Source: an uncultured Candidatus Saccharibacteria bacterium
GTDB lineage: Bacteria > Patescibacteriota > Doudnabacteria > UBA920
Assembly (NCBI GenBank): GCA_964504715.1
Contig: CAZDEP010000002.1
Location: 21,434-85,433, forward strand
DNA length: 64,000 bases
Reading direction: 5' to 3'
A model generated the notes under the pieces. That model saw nothing but the letters and a program-made list of their open reading frames with translations, did not search any database and had not been told where the DNA came from. Within the stretch, counting starts at the first letter, position 1; each line of letters starts with the position of its first letter. A program made the translations under genes and the position numbers. Positions 53,315 through 62,027 of this stretch are shown here, piece after piece.

Positions 53315-53840
53315 ACGAAAATTAGCATGCGAAAATTCGAAAATTATGCGAAATCTATCAACTAATTACGCGTTCGTTATTAATTTCATGATTAATGACT
53401 CTGTAGGGCTTCACATACACAGCCTGGAAATTTATTATCATTCCAAGTTTTAATTTAAGCACATGTAAATACCTTTGAGTTTGAAAATAATCTTCTTTTG
53501 TAATGTTAGGTCGGGCTTTAATCTCAAGTAAAATGCAATCATCTATTATAAAATCTATCCTATTACCTGTGCCCTTTATGGTAAACTCGCGGGTAGATTT
53601 AATCTTATTTTCGATTAACTTTTGTTCTAAAGAATCACAATACTGTTTTTCTTTTGCAAAACGCCCCAACTCTTTTTTTACCTGTAAACACAAACCCGTA
53701 ATTTTATAAGAAAGTTCGGGGTAAAGAATATCCTTCCTTAATAGTCTTGGTTTTATTTCCATACTTGGATTATTATGTCTCTAATCCATTTTTATTTCGT
53801 ACTTTCGCATGCTTTTCGTTGTTTCGTATGCAAACTTTCG
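53310..53840. mobile_element. GxxExxY gene cassette bounded by ~50-bp imperfect inverted repeats built from gcat(g/a)cgaaa units
   Basis: Left 53310..53365 reads gtgcatacgaaaattagcatgcgaaaattcgaaaattatgcgaaatc. Right 53783..53840 reads ...actttcgcatgcttttcgttgtttcgtatgcaaactttcgcatgcac, which is the reverse complement of the same units. The repeats abut the P-type ATPase start codon and the AI-2E stop codon. Confidence 0.5.
53358..53762 (-). CDS. GxxExxY-family protein (second copy)
   Basis: ELSYKITGLCLQVKKELGRFAKEKQYCDSLEQKL...LLEIKA. Confidence 0.7.
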   Translation of the reverse strand: MEIKPRLLRKDILYPELSYKITGLCLQVKKELGRFAKEKQYCDSLEQKLIENKIKSTREFTIKGTGNRIDFIIDDCILLEIKARPNITKEDYFQTQRYLHVLKLKLGMIINFQAVYVKPYRVINHEINNERVIS

Positions 53841-53847
53841 CATGCAC

Positions 53848-54876
53848 TTACCTCTCCATATACTCCCTCAAGTCTTCCCGGTAAATATCCACCAAAGTTA
53901 CAAACACTGCCATGACAATGGGCCCGAGTAAAAAGCCAAAGAAGCCGAAAAATTTTATGCCGCCTAAAATGCCAAAAAGAATTAAAAGCGGATGGATTTG
54001 GGTTTGGGAGCCCACCAGCTTTGGGCCGGCAACATTGTCAACCATCCCCACCGCCAGCGCGCCCCAAACTGCCATGCCTACCGCAGCGCCCGTATGCCCC
54101 GTGGCCAGCAGGTACAGCACCGCCGGAATGACTGCCAAAGAAGTGCCCACGGTTGGGACCAAAGCGGCCAAAACCGTAAACGCCCCCCACAGAAGCGGAT
54201 TAGGCACGCCAAAAATCAAATACCCCGCTGTGCCTACCACGCCCTGGATAAGCGCCACCAAAAAAGAACCCTTTACTACGCCGTTGACCGCCGAAGAAAT
54301 TTTCTCCACCAAAAGATTTTCATGCTTTTCGGAAAGCGGCAAAATCGCGCCAATGTATTTTTTTATTTTTTCGCCGTCGCGCAAGAGGTAGTAAAAAGTA
54401 AAAAATACCAAAAAGAACGACAACACAAAACCCGCCACGTTGGAAAGCACGGCGCCCAAACTCTGGAAAGCGCCGCCCGCAACTTGAGAAAATTTGGAAC
54501 CCAAATCGTTTATAAAACTTTGCCCCAATTCCTTAAACTGCGGCGGCAAATGGGCAACTAGCTGGGCGGCTCCTGTCTGTGCAGATGTATCCCTCAGCTG
54601 ATTATATAAACCAACCACTTCGTTAAACAACAATTGGCCCATAAAGTATAAAGGCACCATAACAATAAACAACACTATAAATATGCACGCCAAAGCCGCC
54701 ATGGGCTGACTTTTAAATGCGCGGACAAACCTCTGATAAACCGGCCAAAAAAGCACCGCCATAATAGCCGCGAGTGCCAGCAAGTTTAAAAACGGCCACC
54801 ACATAAGAGCCACCACGGCTCCCACGCAGGCAAACAAAACCAAAAAAGCTATTAACTGCAAACGCTGATGGTTCAT
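53848..54876 (-). CDS. AI-2E family transporter (second paralog)
   Basis: Multi-TM protein, 342 aa; AI-2E-like. Confidence 0.7.
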   Translation of the reverse strand: MNHQRLQLIAFLVLFACVGAVVALMWWPFLNLLALAAIMAVLFWPVYQRFVRAFKSQPMAALACIFIVLFIVMVPLYFMGQLLFNEVVGLYNQLRDTSAQTGAAQLVAHLPPQFKELGQSFINDLGSKFSQVAGGAFQSLGAVLSNVAGFVLSFFLVFFTFYYLLRDGEKIKKYIGAILPLSEKHENLLVEKISSAVNGVVKGSFLVALIQGVVGTAGYLIFGVPNPLLWGAFTVLAALVPTVGTSLAVIPAVLYLLATGHTGAAVGMAVWGALAVGMVDNVAGPKLVGSQTQIHPLLILFGILGGIKFFGFFGFLLGPIVMAVFVTLVDIYREDLREYMER

Positions 54877-55134
54877 AAAATATAATTTTATAAAGATGAA
54901 AAAATAGTACTAATGTCACTATTAGTATATCAAACCTTGACTAAACATACAATTTATGATAGAATTTTCACGTCCTGCCCGATAGTTGTGGGCAGTTTTA
55001 TTTGGGACACTACATAATACGGATCTGGATGAGTAACTGATGTACTCATACCTACCGATCCTAGCATCAGTTGTCATCGGTGGATTAGTTATATATGAGC
55101 TGATCCGCATTATATCTTTACAAGAATAATATTT

Positions 55135-56979
55135 ATGGAAAGAAACAATTTAAGAAACATAGCCATTATCGCGCACGTCGACCACGGCAAAACCACGCTT
55201 GTCGATGCCATGCTTAAACAGACCCACACGGTCAAGGAAAACCCTGACACTAAGGATTTAATAATGGACAGCATGGACCTGGAGCGCGAACGCGGCATTA
55301 CCATTCGCGCCAAAAACGCGAGCTTGGTTTACAATGGCACCAAAATAAACATTGTGGATACCCCGGGCCACGCCGACTTTGGCGGCGAAGTGGAAAGAAC
55401 CTTGCGCATGGCCGATGGCGTTTTATTGTTAGTTGATGCCAAAGAAGGCCCCATGCCCCAAACCAAGTTCGTGCTTAAAAAAGCTTTGGAGCTTGGCCTT
55501 AAGGCTATTGTGGTCGTAAACAAAGTGGACAAACCCGACGCCCAGGTTGACCATACGGTTAATAAAACATTTGACTTGTTTGTGCACTTAAACGCAAACC
55601 ACGAACAGTTGGATTTTCCTATCATTTACGCCTCGGGCGTGAAAGGCTTGGCCGACGAAAAATTGGAAAGCGTAATGGAAAAAATTACGAGCGGCGCCAA
55701 CCCGGACGTCTCTCCCCTCTTTGAGGCCATTATAAAGCACATCCCCGCCCCTACAGTTTCCCTGGACGAATCTTTTGCCATGCTGGTCTTGGCCCTGGTT
55801 AACGACAATTACAAAGGCAAAATGGGCATTGGCAAAATAGTTTCAGGCTCTGTGAAAAAAGCCCAAAATATTGTCCGCATTAAAACCGACGGCCAGCGCG
55901 ACTCAGGCAAAGTTACCGCCCTCCAAATGTACGAAGGCCTAAAGCCGGTGGACGCCGAAGAGGCGGAGGCCGGTGACATTGTCGCGATAGCCGGTTTTGA
56001 CGACGTAAGCATTGGCGAAACTCTAACCGATCCTATAAAGCCCATCCACTTGGAACCCGTACAAATAGAGCCGCCGACCATTAAAATGACGTTTGGCGTA
56101 AACACTTCCCCGTTTGCCGGCAAAGAAGGCAAATTCGTTACCTCCCGAAACTTGCGCGACCGCTTGTACAAGGAATTGGAAACCAACGTGGCGTTAAAAG
56201 TAGAACCCAGCGAAGAAGGTGCGGAAAGCTTTTTGGTTTCCGGCCGCGGCGAATTGCATTTGGGTGTTTTGATTGAGACCATGCGCCGCGAAGGTTTTGA
56301 ATTGCAAGTCAGCCAGCCGCAGGTTATTTATCATTCGGCCGATGACGGCACAAAAATGGAACCTTACGAGGTAATCACCATAGACGTGCCCAGCGAATAC
56401 CAAGGCTCGGTTATAGAAGAGCTTGGCCGCCGCGGAGGCGTAATGCAGCACATGGACAGTTCGGGCAACAACGCCGAACTCCATGCCGAATACCTTATTC
56501 CTACCCGCGGGCTTATTGGCTTAAAAAATATCCTGCTCACCCGCACTCGCGGAACCATAATAATGAACAACCTTTTCGACTCGTACCGACCGGTCCACGA
56601 ACTCGATACCCATTCCAACGACCACGGCTCGCTTATAACTTCTGAATCGGGTGTTTCCAATGCGTACGGTTTAAATAATGCCCAGGAACGCGGAATTTTG
56701 TTTATTGGCCCGGCGGTGGATGTTTATGAAGGCATGGTAGTGGGTAAAAATTCCTTAGATACCGACCTTGAACTGAATGTCTGCAAAACCAAAAAACTTA
56801 CCAACATGCGCTCAAGCGGCGCGGACGATGCCATAATCCTTACTCCCCCGCACCCGGTGGAACTGGACTTTGCTTTGGAATACATTGGCTCGGATGAACT
56901 GGTGGAAGTCACGCCCAAATCCATCCGCATAAGAAAAAAAATCCTTTCTGCTACAGAACGCAAACGCGCGAACAGATAA
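55135..56979 (+). CDS. typA: Translational GTPase TypA/BipA
   Basis: NIAIIAHVDHGKTTLVD...DTPGHADFGGEVER...NKVDKP G-domain; 614 aa. Confidence 0.9.
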   Translation: MERNNLRNIAIIAHVDHGKTTLVDAMLKQTHTVKENPDTKDLIMDSMDLERERGITIRAKNASLVYNGTKINIVDTPGHADFGGEVERTLRMADGVLLLVDAKEGPMPQTKFVLKKALELGLKAIVVVNKVDKPDAQVDHTVNKTFDLFVHLNANHEQLDFPIIYASGVKGLADEKLESVMEKITSGANPDVSPLFEAIIKHIPAPTVSLDESFAMLVLALVNDNYKGKMGIGKIVSGSVKKAQNIVRIKTDGQRDSGKVTALQMYEGLKPVDAEEAEAGDIVAIAGFDDVSIGETLTDPIKPIHLEPVQIEPPTIKMTFGVNTSPFAGKEGKFVTSRNLRDRLYKELETNVALKVEPSEEGAESFLVSGRGELHLGVLIETMRREGFELQVSQPQVIYHSADDGTKMEPYEVITIDVPSEYQGSVIEELGRRGGVMQHMDSSGNNAELHAEYLIPTRGLIGLKNILLTRTRGTIIMNNLFDSYRPVHELDTHSNDHGSLITSESGVSNAYGLNNAQERGILFIGPAVDVYEGMVVGKNSLDTDLELNVCKTKKLTNMRSSGADDAIILTPPHPVELDFALEYIGSDELVEVTPKSIRIRKKILSATERKRANR

Positions 56980-56986
56980 ATACTAA

Positions 56987-57019
56987 AGACGGTCTTCTTG
57001 CCAGGCAAGAAGACCGTCT
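56987..57019 (+). terminator. Rho-independent terminator after typA (family-3 hairpin copy)
   Basis: agacggtcttcttg-ccagg-caagaagaccgtct followed by tttaaaaac. Confidence 0.6.
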
Positions 57020-57161
57020 TTTAAAAACAAGTAAAAAGTAACGCACTAAATTTTAAAGGCTCAACCGGTTGAGCCTTTAAAAAGGCCTAAAATAGGCCTT
57101 AATTTAAGGCCTGGGAATTAAGGAAATTACTAACAAAATCGCTTAGAGATCAAAAAGGACT

Positions 57162-57536
57162 CTACTTTCTAAGCTCCAATTTATATTCCTGAAGCCAAGC
57201 TTGGACAAAATTTAGCATCTTCCTGCCAAATCCCTTAAGTCTCAATAAATCCGACCCCGATTTTTGAATCAAATCGTTTATTGTAAAAATACCTGCATTA
57301 TTCAAAATATTTATAAAGCGGGCGCTGTGCCTTTTATCCTGCATTTTTATGACGCTTACCGGGAGCTGGAAAACCTCCGGGTTGGGAAGACTTTCTTTTT
57401 GAATATCCCGCCCAACACTTTGCCGGCCCAAATAGAAACCTTCTTCCCTGATCGCCGAATCTCGTTTTTGATCTTCGGTCATAGAACTTTCTGCCCTGGA
57501 AATCTCCTCCTCGGAAGGCTTGTAATTTTCAAACAT
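57162..57536 (-). CDS. small protein with RNA-polymerase-alpha-CTD-like helix-hairpin-helix domain
   Basis: FINILNNAGIFTINDLIQKSGSDLLRLKGFGRKMLNFVQAWLQE. Confidence 0.4.
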   Translation of the reverse strand: MFENYKPSEEEISRAESSMTEDQKRDSAIREEGFYLGRQSVGRDIQKESLPNPEVFQLPVSVIKMQDKRHSARFINILNNAGIFTINDLIQKSGSDLLRLKGFGRKMLNFVQAWLQEYKLELRK

Positions 57537-57548
57537 ACTTTTTAAAGC

Positions 57549-57809
57549 TTAGAAAAAATAATAAATTAATAATAGTTGCTGCAAAAGAAGCAACATCATG
57601 CTTAAAATAAAAACGAATTTGCGGGTTTTGTGGCGGAAGGCAAGCATGCCCAAAAGCACGCCCAAAGAAGCAAAAAACACGCCAATAAAAAAGAACGAAA
57701 CTTCGCTATACCTTTCCTTGCCGGCAATGCTTTTGTTTTTATCCATACCCACATAAACAAAAGCAAATAGGTTTAAAGCCGCCAGCGCAAACAAAATCCA
57801 AGTTTGCAT
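57549..57809 (-). CDS. DUF1294-family small membrane protein
   Basis: GMDKNKSIAGKERYSEVSFFFIGVFFASLGVLLGMLAFRHKTRKFVF matches the DKxxA...RHKTRK pattern. Confidence 0.5.
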   Translation of the reverse strand: MQTWILFALAALNLFAFVYVGMDKNKSIAGKERYSEVSFFFIGVFFASLGVLLGMLAFRHKTRKFVFILSMMLLLLQQLLLIYYFF

Positions 57810-57857
57810 ATTTTTTCTTATAGGCTTATTCGGGCGAATAAGCCTATGCGTAAAGGG

Positions 57858-58832
57858 TTAAATAATTTGGGCTAAAATTAAATCCAAAAGCATCCGCGGG
57901 GGCGTTTGGGAAGTTTTAAGATCTTCGTCCATTGCGCCCAATTTGGTTAAAGTCTCCAAAACTTTTTTCGGCTGGAATCTTTCCGCAATTTTTTTCATTA
58001 TGTAAAGCCTGCCGCTCTTCCAGGCGGTTTGACGCAAAATTTCTTCGTCGCCAATGTTGCGGCTTAAAAAATCCTGCACCATGGCGACATTCCTGAACTG
58101 TTCGCTTAAAAGCGCGTTGAGCTGGATAACGCCGCCTTTTTCGTCGGCGGCGTTTTGGTCTTTTAAAAATTTATTTATAAGCGAAAAAGCTTCCAGTTTG
58201 CGCTTGTCCGCAATGGCGTTGGTAATTTGGAACGCGTCCACTTCCACATTTTCCGCCACCAATTCCCTGACATCCTCAGGGCCAATTTCCCGGCCCAAAG
58301 CAAAGGCCATAAGTTTTTTTATTTCACTGTCCGCGCGCCACAGGCTGTATACTTCCTCGGCGGCAATAAGTTTGCCGCCCACTTTGGTTTCTTTGGCCTG
58401 GTCCCGCCCAAGACGCATGGCCAACTCCCCTGCCGCAAGCACACTTATTTGCCCGCCCAGATCTTTTGCCCGTTCTATTATCCATTTGTCCAAATCTTTG
58501 GCGTGGGGCAGCAAAAACTCCCGCACGGTTATTTCTGTGTTTGCGAGCAAATCTTTATTTTCTTTTTTCCTTTTGTCCAGGCTTATTAGGCTGATGATTA
58601 TTAAATTAGGAGATTTAATAATAGGTTCGAGCCTGTCGTTAATTTCCGGCATAATGCCTTCAAACACAAACATACCGGGCTTTAAAAACAAATCGGTTTC
58701 GGCCAGCGTCGATACCGGCGGCAAAACATCCTCTTTACCAAACACGCTCAAACTCCCCCCTCTTTGTTTGGAGAGCAGGCTAATATATTGGCTTTTGGAA
58801 TAATCGTCTGGCCCTAAAAGAATATGCAGCAT
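57858..58832 (-). CDS. holA: DNA polymerase III delta subunit-like (HolA)
   Basis: MLHILLGPDDYSKSQYISLL N-terminus, clamp-loader delta-like size and helical C-terminal region. Confidence 0.5.
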   Translation of the reverse strand: MLHILLGPDDYSKSQYISLLSKQRGGSLSVFGKEDVLPPVSTLAETDLFLKPGMFVFEGIMPEINDRLEPIIKSPNLIIISLISLDKRKKENKDLLANTEITVREFLLPHAKDLDKWIIERAKDLGGQISVLAAGELAMRLGRDQAKETKVGGKLIAAEEVYSLWRADSEIKKLMAFALGREIGPEDVRELVAENVEVDAFQITNAIADKRKLEAFSLINKFLKDQNAADEKGGVIQLNALLSEQFRNVAMVQDFLSRNIGDEEILRQTAWKSGRLYIMKKIAERFQPKKVLETLTKLGAMDEDLKTSQTPPRMLLDLILAQII

Positions 58833-58910
58833 ATTTGCATTTTAACATTTAAGCATTTAAACATCAAAACGCAAATTTCACCCACAGATTTGATTGAACG
58901 ATTTTTGCCC

Positions 58911-58935
58911 CCGCAAGATGACGGTCTTCTTGCGC
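58911..58935. repeat. Partial or rearranged family-3 copy (intergenic)
   Basis: ccgcaaga-tgacggtcttcttg-cg. Confidence 0.5.
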
Positions 58936-58958
58936 TCATTAACTCGTTCGGGCATATA

Positions 58959-60047
58959 TTATTTCGTTTTAAACTCTACTTTACCTTTCGAGTTTTTTAT
59001 TCTATCCATCCATTTCTTGGCAAAAGCAAATTCTTCAGGATTTTGCTGACTAAAATTTTGATCGACCATAAATTTATGGCATACATTTCGGGAAAATCTG
59101 CGGAGTACAGCTCCCGATAAAATAGTTTTCGCTAGTTGTTCCGTCATTGTCCCATTTTTTACTCTTTGACCAAAATCGGCTTGTACTTTATTTTCGTATA
59201 CACTGTCTTTGATATTGCTTTTAGCTTGGAGCTGCCTTGCTTCCTCTATCCACTCTAGCCTATCCTGGGGAGACAGTTCATCTATTTCGTCCCAATTAAA
59301 AGTTGCCGCTAATTGATACTTGAACCTGTCACTGAAATCCTGTGCGTCAATAAAATTTTGGTCTAAAATTAAAGTATTTCTTTCAGTGGAACCGACTGAT
59401 TGATGGCCGTAGTAATTACCCATTTCGCCAACAAACCTTGTTTGCTCTCCAATTTTTATAGAGTCAATAGTTGTTAAAAGACCCCTTGGAGTACCTTCTA
59501 ATTCCTTCTGAACTTTTGGAGTGCGGTCACCCAATCCCTCCAAGCTTACAATTTTAGATTTACTTGCTAAACTTGTTTGAATTGCGTTAATGTCCCAACG
59601 CAAATTGAGAACTTTGACATATTCCCCTATCATTCTTTCCTCATCGTTAATTTCACTCTCCAGAGTTTCTAAATAAAATTGTCTCGCTTGTTGTGCCTCT
59701 TTACTTGCCCCTGCAGGTAGCGGCTGTTTTGAAGCTAAACTAGTTTTAGCTTTTTGTAATTGGTCGTGCGTCCGATCAACTTGTCTTAGTATTTCAAAAT
59801 CGTCTTGTAAATCTCTCAAAAAAACTGCGTCGGTTTGTTGAAGTAACCCCTCCACGTATTTTTGAGTAATACCAGATTTTTTTACAATTTCTTTTATCCT
59901 TTCCCAAGTATTTGTAAGTGTACCCATTTTGCTTTCCAAAGCCACCACCCTTTGCTCAGGAGTTTTTTGAGCTTCTTGTGAGAGGGCATCTTTTGCCGCC
60001 AAAGCTCCACCTGCCAAGGCACCTAAAAATTCTCTTCTGTTATTCAT
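58959..60047 (-). CDS. hypothetical secreted protein with twin-arginine-like signal (362 aa)
   Basis: MNNRREFLGALAGGALAA (RRxFLG followed by a hydrophobic stretch). Confidence 0.45.
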   Translation of the reverse strand: MNNRREFLGALAGGALAAKDALSQEAQKTPEQRVVALESKMGTLTNTWERIKEIVKKSGITQKYVEGLLQQTDAVFLRDLQDDFEILRQVDRTHDQLQKAKTSLASKQPLPAGASKEAQQARQFYLETLESEINDEERMIGEYVKVLNLRWDINAIQTSLASKSKIVSLEGLGDRTPKVQKELEGTPRGLLTTIDSIKIGEQTRFVGEMGNYYGHQSVGSTERNTLILDQNFIDAQDFSDRFKYQLAATFNWDEIDELSPQDRLEWIEEARQLQAKSNIKDSVYENKVQADFGQRVKNGTMTEQLAKTILSGAVLRRFSRNVCHKFMVDQNFSQQNPEEFAFAKKWMDRIKNSKGKVEFKTK

Positions 60048-60184
60048 AAAAATTCTTAGCTTTAATACTTATATTTTTGCCATTTTTCTTTTATTGTATC
60101 ATGGATAAAAAATTTAATCTATTGGGAGAATTCTGTCTCCACTAACCAAAAGAAGTTACACAACTAAAGTTGCATAACTTCTTT

Positions 60185-60260
60185 TGGTGGGTCGGGTGGG
60201 GTTCGAACCCACGCGCTTTCGGTTAAGAGCCGACTGCTCTACCAGCTGAGCTACCGACCC
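60185..60260 (-). tRNA. tRNA-Lys (anticodon CTT)
   Basis: Hand-folded: GGGTCGG-TA-GCTC/AGCTGGTA/GAGC-A-GTCGG/CTCTTAA/CCGAA-...-GTGGG/TTCGAAC/CCCAC-CCGACCC-ACCA. Confidence 0.8.
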
Positions 60261-60396
60261 AAAAATTCTAATATATTCTACATAAAATTAGCTGGTCTGG
60301 CAACCGGACCTTAACTTTTTCAAAATACTCCATATAAGCATAAGCATGGGAGGCAATTTTATGCGGCTTCCAAGTATTATCTTTGCCGGTTAATTC

Positions 60397-60473
60397 TGGT
60401 GACTCCGGCAGGATTTGAACCTGCTGCCTCTTGGTTCGAAGCCAAGCGCTCTATCCAAATGAGCTACGGAGTC
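60397..60473 (-). tRNA. tRNA-Arg (anticodon TCG)
   Basis: Hand-folded: GACTCCG-TA-GCTC/ATTTGGAT/AGAGC-G-CTTGG/CTTCGAA/CCAAG-...-GCAGG/TTCAAAT/CCTGC-CGGAGTC-ACCA. Confidence 0.8.
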
Positions 60474-60620
60474 ATATTAAATACTCGGTAAAGGCACAGC
60501 TAATTATAACTTAAGCCATAAAAAAAATCCACCGCCCTCGATGGAAAAACTTAAAAAATCAATCTCATAATCTCAAGATTGTAAGATTGTTATTTTTATA
60601 AAGGTGACGTCCCATTTCCC

Positions 60621-60914
60621 CTAGCGCGTGCCAAAAGGGTCTTGGTACAAGGGAGTATTTGGATAATATGTTTTACCCGCGTTTATGCGTTTAACGGATT
60701 CCTCAAACCCATTTATGTTCAGCCTTACGCCCTTGGATGCGACCACCCCCTCGGGAGCCTGGTTGGCTTTTAAAACCTGCTTGGCTGAGGAATACAAAAT
60801 ACCAATTTCAAAAATAAAAATTAGTCCCAAAATTATGTAAAAAGCCAGGGAAGAATTACCCTTAAATTTTGTGGTTATTACCCGCAAGTCCAATTTTACG
60901 GAAAGGCTCTTCAT
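60621..60914 (-). CDS. small single-TM protein at the distal end of the pilus-assembly operon (97 aa)
   Basis: TM LAFYIILGLIFIFEIGILY; overlaps the pilO-like stop by 4 nt. Confidence 0.4.
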   Translation of the reverse strand: MKSLSVKLDLRVITTKFKGNSSLAFYIILGLIFIFEIGILYSSAKQVLKANQAPEGVVASKGVRLNINGFEESVKRINAGKTYYPNTPLYQDPFGTR

Positions 60915-61456
60915 TTTTTTATATACAAAAAAGAATTAAAAGTAACATTTACCTCACCCTTGCCGGCGGCGCTAAAATTAACCTGTCCGGTTTTGGTTAT
61001 AAATTCTAAATTCTCCAAATATTCCATAAACGCAACAGCCTTGCTTAAAGAACCCCTGAGCGATATTACGTAGGGAATTTGGTAAATCTCCGATTTAGTG
61101 CCGGCTTTGGTGGCGTTTTTAAGCGTGCCGGAAATACCGGTGAGTTCCATTTCCACGCCTATATCCCGCGCAATGGATTCCAGCCGCCTAATTTCGTTTA
61201 CCAGCGTAATATCCTGGCTAAAAAACTGTTCGGGCTTCAGCTTTGCGTTTTCAATTTGGCTTAAGTCATTTTGGGCTTCTATAAAACTCTGTTTTTCCGC
61301 CTGCAGCATTGCTTCCTGTTTTTTTAGTCCTGACATTTCCTCAATTAAACTTTGGTTTGACGAGCCAAACTTATCGAACAAATACCCAAACATAATCCCG
61401 CTGGCAACAAGCCAGAAGAAAACCGCCATATAAATTTTATTTTTGGTGGAATTCAT
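60911..61456 (-). CDS. Type IV pilus assembly protein PilO-like
   Basis: N-terminal TM plus coiled coil, size and position after a pilN-like gene. Confidence 0.5.
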   Translation of the reverse strand: MNSTKNKIYMAVFFWLVASGIMFGYLFDKFGSSNQSLIEEMSGLKKQEAMLQAEKQSFIEAQNDLSQIENAKLKPEQFFSQDITLVNEIRRLESIARDIGVEMELTGISGTLKNATKAGTKSEIYQIPYVISLRGSLSKAVAFMEYLENLEFITKTGQVNFSAAGKGEVNVTFNSFLYIKK

Positions 61457-61457
61457 G

Positions 61458-62027
61458 CTATTTCAAAAGCTCGGGGCCTATGTTAAAGGTGAAATGGAAA
61501 TTTATTTCAGTCGGCTTTGCCACATTTTCCAAAGGATAGTCAATATTGGGAAAATTTTTATTTTCCGCAAGGATATTTTCATAAAGCTCAATAACCAGTT
61601 CCCGGGTAGGGCTAAAACCCGAAATATCCACAAAATTACGGTTGGCATCTACGCGCATGGAAGTGACTAAAACTCCCTGCGGCACCAAAGGCGCAAAGGC
61701 CCGCACGGCTTTGGAAATTTTGGGCACCGAAGCACTTAAAGTCTGGTAGTCGGTAATAAAATTGTTTAATTTGCCAATCTCCTGCTTAATTTTTGCATTC
61801 TCCTCTTTGTTCGTAAACTGCTGCAGTTCCTCAATATTTTTTTGAAGACGGGTTTTGTGCTGCTCCAAATAGAACCTGACTCCAAATTGAGCCAAAAGTA
61901 CAAACGCAAAACTTACGCCCGAAAAAGCCATAAGCAAAATAACCACCCTAAACAGTTTCCTGTATCGCAGTTCCTGCTGTTTTTCCTTTGGCAATAGGTT
62001 AATAATCTTCATATTAGTTCTTCCCAA
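61458..62027 (-). CDS. Type IV pilus assembly protein PilN-like
   Basis: KIINLLPKEKQQELRYRK followed by a TM, the typical PilN N-terminus. Confidence 0.6.
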   Translation of the reverse strand: MGRTNMKIINLLPKEKQQELRYRKLFRVVILLMAFSGVSFAFVLLAQFGVRFYLEQHKTRLQKNIEELQQFTNKEENAKIKQEIGKLNNFITDYQTLSASVPKISKAVRAFAPLVPQGVLVTSMRVDANRNFVDISGFSPTRELVIELYENILAENKNFPNIDYPLENVAKPTEINFHFTFNIGPELLK

